From: Squalus acanthias
Taxonomy: Eukaryota
Length of the DNA stretch: 64,000 nucleotides
Assembly: GCA_030390025.1 (NCBI GenBank)
Contig: CM059432.1
Span: 45,076,001-45,140,000, forward strand
Direction: 5' to 3'
Part shown: positions 47,222-58,120 of the stretch, one piece after another
Layout: the number at the start of each line of letters is the position of its first letter
Position numbering within the stretch: the first letter of the stretch is position 1
Notes under the pieces: generated by a model
Seen by the model: only the letters and a program-made list of their open reading frames with translations
Told to the model about the DNA's origin: nothing
The model's database searches: none
Program-made: the position numbers and the translations under genes

Positions 47222-47392
47222 AAATGAGAAGTCGCACAACACCAGGTTATAGTCCAACAGATTTATTTAATTTTACAAGCTTTCGGAGCTGTTCGCTCCT
47301 TCCTCAGGTAGGGTAGCTGTGAGAGAATCTCCCAGAATTCACAATATAAACACAGAAAAATCTATTCAAATCTTTCCTGGCATCTCCACATC
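47222..47392 (-). mobile_element. Solo Penelope 3' end (family A-like) with HHR, inserted in a SINE tail
   Basis: Matches 5752-5836. 12-bp TSD ATATAAATACAA (47210-47221, 47393-47404). Confidence 0.85.
47274..47310 (-). ncRNA. Minimal type I hammerhead ribozyme (family A)
   Basis: UAC-CUGAGGA-AGGAGC GAACA GCUCC-GAAA-GCUU-GUA. Confidence 0.82.
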
Positions 47393-49103
47393 ATATAAAT
47401 ACAAGACTTTCTTTTCTTCCTTTCATGGTTACATAAATAAATAAATCTGGGTATGTAACAATTTTATGCATTACGGACAGCTTTTTACTGTTTTTATTTC
47501 TCAGTGAAGCCTTTTCCATCACTGGACAGGTGGAAGTGTGTGGTTTACAAACAGTAAAAACTATGTGAATGGCCAGTCTTGAGGTCAAGAATGAAAACAT
47601 TCCTGCCCAGCTCCAAAGTCTGTTTATGCTCATTGGACACAGAATAAAGGCAGCCTTGGCATATGTAGGCTATTTTCTCCACAGATTCCTTTCACACTGT
47701 CATTCTGGTGCATACTGGGAGTTTTCTCCACAGGCTTATTACATACCGGGAGCCAATATAGGTCAGCGAGCACAGGGATGACGGGTGAACGGGACTTGGT
47801 GCGAGTTAGAACACGGCAAACTCTGTAGTATTCAATTTGCACAAGTTTTAGAAAGATGACAACCGCAGTATGAACACAGACTGGTGAACTGCAGCTTGGA
47901 GAGATTAATTATGTAGCATTTCAGGGGGAAATGCAATACCTCAGCTGACTGAAATAAAGAAAATAAAGAACAAAATACTTCTGGGAAGAATTCTCACTGT
48001 GTAATATTAGAATAGAAATGCATTTGAAATTCATTTGTCTGCTATTTTAATGGAGGCCTTGACTTATTTATTTTGAACAGATTAATGCCTTCATTGCCAT
48101 AGCAGGCAAAGAAATTTCATACAAACATGCCGAATTGCTCATGTAATATTGCACAGTGTTAAACAATACTTTGGGCACATGTCATCAACAGAGATTGACA
48201 AGGCGTAGAAAATATACCTCGCATATAATTTATATCATAATTAGACAGCTGTGTTAATTTAATAAGATCTTTCAATCTGTGGCAATATTAATCTTATTTA
48301 TCTCAGCTGCAGCCATAATGTTACTTATTCACATAATTTTTCAAGAATATCTGATGCATTGTATGTCTATCTGTATTACAGTAGGCTTCTCACTTGTCAG
48401 AACTGAGTAATCTATTCCCTAAAAATACCATTGACTAAATAAATAATGTGTGCATAGGTATGTGCACTGCCCAGCCAAACTGACAACAAATTACATGACT
48501 GCAGGACAAGACTGAGGATTGAATCCTACAGTACACCACTTCTCTTAATAACAATGTGACAGGATTGCTTATGCATACATCCATTAATGTTATTTATTCA
48601 CGCCTTAAATATATTGCACTAACAACTTCAATCTCTAAACCGTACAATGAATTAATAGCTAAATTTACTGTAAGGCCTTGCTAACAGATTGGCAGTACAC
48701 CAGTTCTGTGTGAACATTTGTTCAACTAATGATGAAATATTACTTTATGTCCAAAGAGAATAACAATCATTAGTTTTGTTACAAATTTATTTGTAGTGGC
48801 TTCATCGCGCATAACTTTTGCTGCTTCAGCCAATTTTGGGTTAATCGGCTCATTATTGCACTACAGTTGTCTTTCAATATAATATTGACTTGTGGTGACT
48901 GCATTGTTTTTGCCATTTGACTCATCTATATTTGTTTTGCCTTCTGAAACCATATTTCAGGCAGCATGGTTAAGCACAATTATGGGTTTTAGGATTGTGT
49001 CTACAAGTAGAGGAAACAGATAGAAGAATGTGCTGGTGTCCAGGGTACATCTAGGAGGAAAATGGAGAGTAGCTATTGTATTATCTTGTCTGTCCTGTCA
49101 GGG

Positions 49104-49322
49104 TCATTGGAGTTTTTGTGGCATTAGTCTGTAGTTTTGAGGGTGAGAGTTGGCACTCAGTGTCCATGCCACCTCCCTCCAGGTAGCAGGACTGACATTT
49201 CTGGTAGGTTTTCTGCCATGAAAACCCGGCAGTCGGTGTCTCCTCATCTCAATGTCTTCAAGGCGGGCTTGCAGGTCAGACTCTGAGAAATTGTAGCACC
49301 TTCTTTTCTGCCTGCGTGCCAT
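49104..49322 (-). pseudogene. Harbinger Myb/SANT exon-1 relic
   Basis: RCYNFSESDLQARLEDIEMRRHRL..ATWREVAWTLSA. Confidence 0.7.
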
Positions 49323-49959
49323 GTCCTCATGCCTTGCTTGCCTGCTCCTGTGGCATCTGCTCCTGCGGTAGGCATTCTGGAAAAGTGGTGCAGAAAGATT
49401 CATGAGAGATGCAGTCAAGCTGGCTGACAGTCAGCTCATTGAGCCAAGAACTGTTCCTCGCTGCTCCCCCAGCCTGATGCTGAAATCTTCAGCTGGAACC
49501 GGCTTTTTAAAGTGTGCATTCTAATTTCCATGCACTCTGGCAGATTACTCCCATTTTACACAGGATTTACACCAATCACTATTCCAAGGATATGCAAAAG
49601 AGCTGACCCTTGGCTGTCGCAAACCTTTTTCCATTGGAGTAGAAGTCACCATGTGGAAATCTGGGGTAAGAGTTTATATTTTCCTCATCATGCTTTACGA
49701 TGTATAAGAACTATAGAACTGCAGAAGTTAATAGCACAGAAGGAGGCCATTCAGCTCATCATGCCTGCATTGGCAATTTGCTAGAACATTCACAAACTTA
49801 TTCCACTGCCCTGCTCACCCCATCAACCCCTGTATTTTCCTCTGCTTCCAATGTTTTATCTATTCTTCCCTTAACAGATGAGATGATCTCTGTCTCAACT
49901 ATTCCCTGTGGCAAAGCATTCCGCACTCCAATAACTCTCTTCGTAACCAAAAAGAGAGT

Positions 49960-50373
49960 GGGATCATTTTAACCTAACCCGCCAGCCGGAAACGGTCAGT
50001 CCCATGTTTTACATCCTGCCCAATTTTACTCTCTATTGACTTCAACGGAGAGTAAAATCCGTAAAGCTCAGCAGGGTGTAAAACAGGCGCCCGACCCAAA
50101 TCCATCCATTTCCCAACCAGCGGGTTACATAAGAACATCAGAAATAGGAGCAGGAGTAGGCCATTTGGCCCTTCAAGGATGCTCCACCATTCAATAAGAT
50201 CATGGCTGATCTTCTACCTCATCTCCACTTTCCTGCACTATCCCCATATTCCTTGATTCCCCTTAATATTCAAAAATCTATCGATTTCTGTCTTGAATAT
50301 ACTCAACAGCCCTCTGGGTGAAGAAATTTCTCCTCATATCAGTCCTAAATGGGTTAAGTTAAAATTACCCGCC
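49960..50373. mobile_element. Small palindromic MITE interrupted by a CR1 3' end (~50126-50350)
   Basis: ATTTTAACCTAACCC / GGGTTAAGTTAAAAT ends, AGT flanks, and GGGTTA duplicated around the CR1 piece. Confidence 0.65.
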
Positions 50374-51109
50374 AGTGAATCAAAAATATGTTCAAAATCT
50401 GTAAGGAATGTAGGAATTAAAAGCCTTTCACTTTGCAGAATATATTAGCACTTTCTGTCTTAAAATTAATTGATTGCAGATAGTCACAATGAATTGTACG
50501 AAACTACTGATAAATAATGAAGAAAGGTCTAGCCAACATGGCATGTTGGCCAATAATTAAAATGCCACAGTTCTTGTGTGTTTTTCTTAGAAAATGCAGG
50601 TTGCATTAAAAGATCTTGATAGTTTAGTCCTGATGAATAAAAGGGAATGGGTTCATTTGGTATTTCAAAACAAATCATGCGTAAAAGGCTTTTCCTACTT
50701 GAGTAGCATAGCACTGCAGAAACACAAATTTCCCATCCCGATAACTGTACTCAACTCACGTATAGAGAAATAAAATCCTCAGATTGACCACTGAATGGCA
50801 TTTCCAGTGTCCAATAAAAGTACAGAAATGTTGTTGCGATGCTGGCTATCGCTTGACCCTGGACAATGGAGATTTGGGTGGCTCTAAGTCCCGCTCGCAC
50901 TCCTGCCATATTTCTGTCTCCTTCTTTGGCTCAGTGTAAATGTTTTGTCTGATTACGGTCCTGAGAAGCGCCTTGGGATGTTTTACTATGTTAAAGGTTT
51001 TTTTTTAAATACAAGTTGTTGTTGTTGAATGGTGCCACTTCAAGCCAGAAATCACCTCTTAAAGGGAAGGTGCGCTCTGGCTGTAAACAGCAGGAAACGC
51101 TTCCGAAGA

Positions 51110-51316
51110 AAGAAATGACTTCCAGACCTGCAGATTGAGCCCCCAGGTTCTCCGATGCTGCAGGAGGAGGGAGATCCTGTTCGCCTGGGGGTGGGGGGAA
51201 ACACCACTGCCGCCAGTGGGAAGAGGCTGCGGAGGGTGTTAACGCCAGGAATTTAGCTCCCAGGGCATGGCTGCAAGGCAGGAACAAGTTGAATGATCTC
51301 ACCAGAGTTGCCACAG
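51110..51316 (+). pseudogene. Harbinger Myb/SANT exon-1 relic
   Basis: WEEAAEGVNARNLAPRAWLQGRNKLNDLTRV, followed by GTAAG at the same position as the donor at 37658. Confidence 0.7.
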
Positions 51317-52731
51317 TAAGAATCTGAACTCTCAATTCTTTTACAGAGAAACTATTAGAAACAAAATTCAAACAAGGAGAAGCAAAGACAGTGGGGGTGA
51401 AATTGGTCTTCAGCAATAGAGCAAAATCAGTGATAGCAAATCAGCAGCCCATTTTACACCTCGCCAGAATTTTCTTTCCTTTGAGTTGAATGAGATGTAA
51501 AACAGGCTGCCTATTCTCTATCGCCCATTTCACACTTTCATAAAAGTAAATAGTAAAATGTGAATCTTGCAGTACAACCTTACAGTAAAATAGCTGTATA
51601 TGAAGAAAGGGCAGTACATAAAGAAAGAAGGCATTTTTTCTGGGTGCATTCACATATATGTATGCAGGAAAATACACAGGAAAACAGGACACAAATACAG
51701 GGAAAATACAAACAAAAATAAAATCTGATCAGGATATTGCCACACTGGCCATACAACTGTTACTTACAGTAAAGTTAAACTAAGTAAAAGTTCAGCTAAC
51801 AGTAATAATCTGACTTGTCCAACAGTTCCTCAAGAAAATAAAATGCACCGTCTCTAAAAATACATCAGAAAAGTGACCACAGGTCAAGGCAATTTCAAAC
51901 TTAATTCTAATGGTTATAGCACTGTCAGTTAGGCAAAAGCACGTAATAAATTCATATATAATCAAGAGGGAAAGAAATATATATACTGACAAACTGTTAG
52001 AGGAGATTCTCAGAAAGGACTCAAACTATAACTATAACAGGGACCACTTGCATCCATTCATTCCTCATTCCTCACTTTTGGCAGACCTGCTGCTCCATGT
52101 AGAATAGAGTTTACAGAGTGTGTTGCTTCTTTGATAAAGTAATCCAAATCAAATCCTATATTTAAGGGGAAGGTAGATAAACACATGTGGGAGAAAGAAA
52201 TAGAAGGTTACATTGATAGGGTTAGATGAAGAGGGGCGGGAGGAGGCTCGTGTGCAGCATAAACACCCTTGCTATGGTCTCAGTTCAACTACTTCTCATG
52301 GCAAAGTATTTCATGCTTTAACAGCTCTCTGTATAAAGAAACTTCTCCTACTCTCACTCCTCATTTTTTAAATTACAAATTTAACCTGATGTTGCCTCGA
52401 TATTGGCACCCCAACCAAAGAAAATGATCTTCGACTGTTTGTTGATAACTTGCTTATTTGTGGAATATTTCACCCAAATGCAGATCAATGCTGGTCCTTT
52501 TCATTTTCTTGCTTTCTAAAGAGAAAAACCAAAGGATAATGGAAGTTAAATTGGATAAACCCCAAAAACGGGCATGGGGATCGTGGTACATGATTAACCC
52601 ATGCCCATTCACTGTGCAGTAGGCAGCATGTTAAATTGGTGCTGCCTGCTGCTTTATATGGTTGTTGTGTGCAGCCAGCACTACCCAGGCTGTTCATTGG
52701 AATCCCTCCTGGTTGAGGAAAATGGCTAAGG

Positions 52732-53280
52732 TCAGACGAGGAGCACGCAATGCAATGTGCTTGCAGTCAATGGCACCTTGCACCATGGGGAAGCCTGCAA
52801 TCTGTGCAAAATCTCGTGCTCTCTCCTCCTGCTTGTCTCTGGCAAGAGAGAATGAGTTGAATGTGTTACTCTTGGTACAGTTATACAGCAGTGCAGTGCA
52901 AACTGTGAGATGTTCCTTATATCTCCAGCAGCAGCCTGAAAGGAGTCAGACACATCAAAATTAAGAGTCACAGTTACCTTGACAGCCATCGGTAATGCTG
53001 TCCTTACCATGCTTTGAGACTGCAGTTGTGGCTGTGGTAGTTGGCAGATTTCACTCATAACCTCTTTTGTGAAGTGAAGACATCTCATGCATTGGTCCTT
53101 GCTGAAGTTGAAGTAACAGAATTGCTCCCTGAAGATCTTCGGTGGATATGGCCTACTGCTGAGTGACCTTCTCCCCCTCCTCCTCCTCTCTCCTCTAGCA
53201 GCTTGTTCTGCACTACCTGGCCTCTCTTCATTCTCCCAGTCCTGTTCAATTCCCAGAGGAAGCCCTACCAGGCCACCCAT
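52732..53280 (-). pseudogene. Harbinger transposase N-terminal half, degraded (in element ~52541-53495)
   Basis: RPYPPKIFREQF..CMRCLHFTKEV..VKVTVTLNF..FQAAAGDI, then frameshifted GAIDCKHIAL. Confidence 0.88.
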
Positions 53281-53774
53281 GTCTGGAAGCAACTTCTTTC
53301 ATCACAATATTTTATATGACAAAGAAAGTACTGCAAGACCAGCCAGACCACTCCCTGTAGAGTATTCAAACCTTAGCCAAGTATAGGAACCTCTAAAAAG
53401 GTGTAAAATTGTTACAAAGGCCAGCAGAAATAATCCAGCAATTAACTTCCCACACGACCCCAACCCACCTGTTTTTTTAGGTTAAAATTCCCCCCTAAGA
53501 GTTGCACTGTCTAGACATGGGATACTTAAAACAGGAGTATTTTAAATAATATATACAAGGCATGGAATAACTTTGTATTGAATTGTAAAACCAAAGCTGT
53601 ATCACATTTAGGGTGTCATAATCACTGTATGCAATCCACGCAGAAATGGGATGATTCATCTCATGTAAAATTGGGTATTTTGTTCTTCACACTCCACAGC
53701 AGAATTATCTTCATTTATCTGAGCATTCAATTGTGTTGAGTTGAGGAGATTGTGATTCATTTCACTTGGGAACA

Positions 53775-53918
53775 GTAGCATAGTGGTTATGTTACTGAAC
53801 AAGAGGCCTGGACTAATAATCCAGAGGCGTGAGTTCAAATCCCACACGGCAGCTGGGGAATTTAAATTCAGTTAATTAAATAAATCTAGAATAAAAAGCT
53901 AGTATCAGTAATGGTAAC
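53775..53918 (+). mobile_element. tRNA-derived SINE 5' head
   Basis: A box TAGCATAGTGG and B box GTTCAAATCCC, followed by an AT-rich body. Confidence 0.6.
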
Positions 53919-53919
53919 C

Positions 53920-55400
53920 TGGATGTCGTGCTGAAGTCTTGTGCTCCAGAACTAGCTGCGCCTCTAGCCATAGCTGTTCCAGTACTGCTACAACACTGGC
54001 ATCTACCCAACAATGTGGAAAACTTCCCAGGTATGTCCTGTCCACAAAAAGCAGGACAAATCTAATCCAGCCAATTTCTGCCTCGTCAGTCTACTCTCAA
54101 TCATCAGCAAAGTGATGGAAGGTGTCGTCGACAGTGCTATCAAGCAGCACTTACTCACCAATAACCTGCTCACCGATGCTCAGTTTTGGTTCCGCCAGGA
54201 CCACTCGGCTCCAGACCTCATTACAGCCTTGGTCCAAACATGGACAAAGAGCTGAATTCCAAAGGTGGGGTGAGAGTGAATGCCTTTGACATCAAGGCAG
54301 CATTTGACCGAGTGTGGCATCAAGGAGCCCTAGTAAAATTGAAGTCAATTGGAATCAGGGGGAAAACTCTCTTCTTCCTTCCTAGCACAAAGGAAGATGG
54401 TTGTGGTTGTTGGAGGTCAATCATCTCAGCCCCAGGACATTGCAGCAGGAGTTCCTCAGGGCAGTGTCCTAGGCACAACCATCATCAGCTGTTTCATCAA
54501 TGACCGTCCCTCCATCATAAGGTCAGAAATGGGGATGTTTGCTGACGATTGCACAATGTTCAGTTCCTTTCACAACTCCTCAGATAATGAAGCAGTCCAT
54601 GCCCACATGCAGCAATCCCTGGATGAAATTCAGGCTTGGGCTGATAAGTGGCAAGTATATTTGCGCCACGCAAGTGCCAGGCAATGACTATCTCCAACAA
54701 GTAAGATTCTAACCACCGCCCCTTGAAATTTAACGGCATTACCATTATCGAATCCCCCACCATCAACATCCTGGAGGGTCACGATTGACCAGAAACTTAA
54801 TTGGACCAGCCACATAAATACTGTGGCAACAAGAGCAAGTCAGAGGCTAGGTATTCTGCGACGAGTGTCTCACCTCCTGACTCTCCAAAGCCTTTCCACC
54901 ATCTACAAGGCGCAAGTCAGGAATGTGATGGAATACTCTCCACTTGCCTGAATGAGTGCAGCTCCAACACCACTCAAGAAGCTCGATAGGATCCAGGACG
55001 AAGCAACTCGCTTGATTGGCACCCCATCCACCAACTTAAACATTCCCTCCCTCCATCTACAAGATTCACTACAGCAAGGCTTCTTCGGCAGCACTTCCCA
55101 AACCCTCGACCTCTACCACCTAGAAGAACAAGGGCAGCAGGCGCATGGGAACACCATCATCTGCAAGTAGTCCTCCAAGTTGCAGACGATCCTGACTTGG
55201 AAATATATCGCCATTCCTTCATTGTCACTGGGTCAAAATCCTGGAACTCTCTCCCTAACAGCACTATGGGAGTGCCTTCACCACATGCACTGCAGTGGTT
55301 CAAGAAGACGGCTCACCACCACCTTCTCAAGGGCAATTAGATATGGGCAATAAATGCTGGCCTTGCCAGCGATGCCCACATCCCAGGAATGAATTTAAAA
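53920..55400 (+). mobile_element. 'Family 2' LINE, 5'-truncated, frameshifted
   Basis: LKSCAPELAAPL, DIKAAFDRVWH, GVPQGSVLG, FADD, and the same 3' end as 11380-11420. Confidence 0.92.
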
Positions 55401-55470
55401 AAAAAATTCACTCCACTAGCCAAAATGGATGCAGGTAACCTGAATGAAAGGGAGGAGAGATACAAATTAG

Positions 55471-56155
55471 GGCCACGAAATTTGGTAGGTTAGCGCCTCC
55501 CATTAGCGCCTGGCGGGGCGCTAACGTGGCGCTAAGGGGTTAGCGCCCGACCGCGGAGAATCCAACGCCGCATGAGGCCTTCAGTGGCGAATTAGCGCTG
55601 GCTTTTGCTTTTGCGCCTGGCGCCGACAACGCAAGTAAGAGGAGGCGTTGTTCACTCAGAAGTACGCTGCAGGAGCAGTAATTAAAGGGAATACTTGAAC
55701 ATCGTGAAAAAGGCGCTTTCCGTGATCGCACCGTTTATTACTTGCACCAGTCTGCTGCCTGTCCAAACTTTTTTACACCTTTTCCTCAAACATCTCCAAA
55801 TGCTGCACTTTCTGAAAGTGATGGGGGCTGCAATGGCAGTCGCCCAGGTCGCGTTGAAAAACACCACTCTTGACTATAAGGTTATACAGCATGATTGGTC
55901 CTTCCCTTTAAGAGATGAAAGCAGCCTGTGTGATGAAAGAGTGCCGTTTGGACTGCGCATGACCTTCTTTATCGCTCTGCCGGTAGCGCCCCACTCTCAG
56001 AGGTTAGCGCCCTAAGTTAGGAGTGTAACGTTTGAGTTAGTGCTCCACTTCCCTCTTGGAGCGCTAACAATAAATTTTGCGGGAGTCAACAATGATTAGC
56101 GCCTAGCTTTTAAAGTTTTATCGCCCCAAACTGGGCTATCCCGAATTTCTCCCCC
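55471..56155. mobile_element. Harbinger-type MITE retaining a transposase start (MGAAMAVA, 55821)
   Basis: Ends GGCCACGAAATT / AATTTCTCCCCC, with TAG flanks. Confidence 0.82.
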
Positions 56156-56249
56156 TAGGTCTTTACATGTTGGTAATCAAATATTTATTTTGTTTGAATA
56201 TAGTTGATGTGTTATTTAGTGGCAGAAATTTTAATGCACTATTTCAAAG

Positions 56250-56468
56250 AAGAGCCAAGATATTATCCCCGGTGTCCTAGCCAGTATTTATCCCTCAATC
56301 AACATCACTAATACAGATTATCTGGTCATTATCATATTACTGTTTGTGGGAGCTTGCTGTGCGCAAATTGGCTGTCGCATTTCCTACATTACAACTGTGA
56401 CTACACTTCAAAAAGTACTTCATTGGCTTTAAAGTGCTTTGGGACGTCCAGTCGTCGTGAAAGTCATT
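56250..56468 (+). mobile_element. SacSINE1-like SINE 3' half
   Basis: Reverse complement of 9380-9580. Confidence 0.75.
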
Positions 56469-57360
56469 GGGGGAGAAATTCAGTATCGCCCATTTGGGGT
56501 GCAATTATCGGCCGGGCACAAAGATTAGCGCCTGGTGCTAATTATCGCCACCGACTGCAAACTTGACTTTTATCGCCCCTGGAGGTGATCGGAGCGCTAA
56601 ATCAGGCGCTTCACACCTGTCTTAAGGCGCAAAGGCCGAGGAGCGAGGCGCTACCTCAGAGCGCTGGCAAAGCTCATGTAATGTCAGTCAGCAATGGAAC
56701 ACACACACAATGGCACGGGCCAGTTCTTAAAGGGGATGGTTGATCTTGCTTTCCATCCACATCCTGCTCATTGCAGCTTTGAATCTTGGCCTGGAGAGAC
56801 CTGCACATCAAATCTGCTGGAAAGAACAATGGAGAGTACCAGGCAAAGAGCTCAGCGTGCAGCCCCCACAGTCTCTTCTAAATCGATACAAGGAATGGCA
56901 AATCAAAATGAACCTGCAAAGTGCTGCTCAGTACCCAAAACTCCTTCACACAACGTTGAATCTCTCCAGAAGTCTCTCTCTCTCTCTCTCAGAATGCGTA
57001 GTTCAAAAATGGCACCAACAATAAAAGGCAGGAAGCGGTCACCTTTAAATAGCGCTCCCCCTTTCCCTTCATGACTGCAGAACGCTCCCCTCAACCTGTC
57101 GTTGCTAGCGTCAGGCGGTAAGGCAGGGGGCGCCACTCAATATCCGCTCCGGGGCGATACCGGGGCGTTGCGCACTCGACTGACGTCACGATCTGCCGGC
57201 GCAGGAGATCGTGGCAGTAGTGTTTAGCGCCGCCGCAAAATGTCTAGTTAATTTCGCGAACGGCGCAAACTTCACCGCACCTGGGTGCTAGATGCTTTGC
57301 GCCCCATTAGCGCCCTCTTAAGGCGCTAACGGGAGGCGCAACCAACTGAATTTTTCCCCC
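56469..57360. mobile_element. Internal-deletion derivative of the 37060-41228 Harbinger (same subfamily as 36179-37048)
   Basis: TIRs GGGGGAGAAATTCAGT / ACTGAATTTTTCCCCC and the same deletion junction. Flanks ATT/ATG. Confidence 0.92.
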
Positions 57361-57621
57361 ATGCATTATGATAAAATAGGAAATAAGAGTTCTCCACCAC
57401 AGATCTTCTGACACAATAACAATGCTGCTTGATTCTTTGTCTTAACAGACTTTGTAAATGTTGTTTGGATAAATGAAATGGAAGAGTTGCTCAGTGTGCT
57501 TTATGAAACAATATTTTTTATAAATAGGGTTACGATTTTGTTACATATACTGCCAGAGGAAATGTTCCTCCAAACATTTCAAAAGATGTAAATGATGAAA
57601 GGATTAAAAGCCTCTAGACAA

Positions 57622-58120
57622 GGGGGAGAAATTCGGTATCGACCATTTTGGGGCACTAACATCGCCTGGGCGCTAACTTTAGCGCCCATTGCTAATTAGC
57701 GCCGGTGACCGTGAAATGGAGTTTTAGCGCCCCAAGGGGAAGTGGAGCACTAAATCAAGCGCTCCACTTCCTTCTTAGGGCGCTAACGTCGGAGAGCGGG
57801 GCGGAGACTTCAGCAGTGTTGCACACTGGGCCGTGCAGCGCTGCCACGTTCAAAGGCTCCTTCTCTACCTTAAAGGGAAGGGCCATCGCTGCAGGCTCTG
57901 CAATATAAAGAGTACCTACCTGGACCACCAAGGCAGCCATGATCAGCCCGGCTCTCAACTTCGGAATTCAATTTCAGGCCCGGGGTTCTACCAGGGCGAT
58001 GCGCACGGTGATGACGTCACGATCTCCGGGCTAAGGAGATCGGGGTGTGACAGTGTAGCGCCGCCGCAAAACTCCCGCCGAATATGGCGGGAGTCGATGT
58101 CAGCGCCACGCCCGGAACTC
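57622..58120. mobile_element. Harbinger-type MITE, right end lost at a CR1 3' fragment (~58125-58320)
   Basis: Starts GGGGGAGAAATTCGG and is the inverse homolog of the right end of 13048-13796. Confidence 0.75.

Larger units (their letters stand above)
45553..48343. repeat. Inverted duplication: arm 1 45553-46227, arm 2 47745-48343
   Basis: Reverse-complement colinearity along the whole length. Arm 2 lacks ~75 bp (~45669-45744). The spacer is ~1.5 kb. Confidence 0.95.

Noticed and set aside
50529..50714. 61-aa minus ORF preceded by TTTGTGTTTCTGCAG acceptor-like site
   Set aside because: No recognisable protein, no donor and no partner exon. Compatible with chance.
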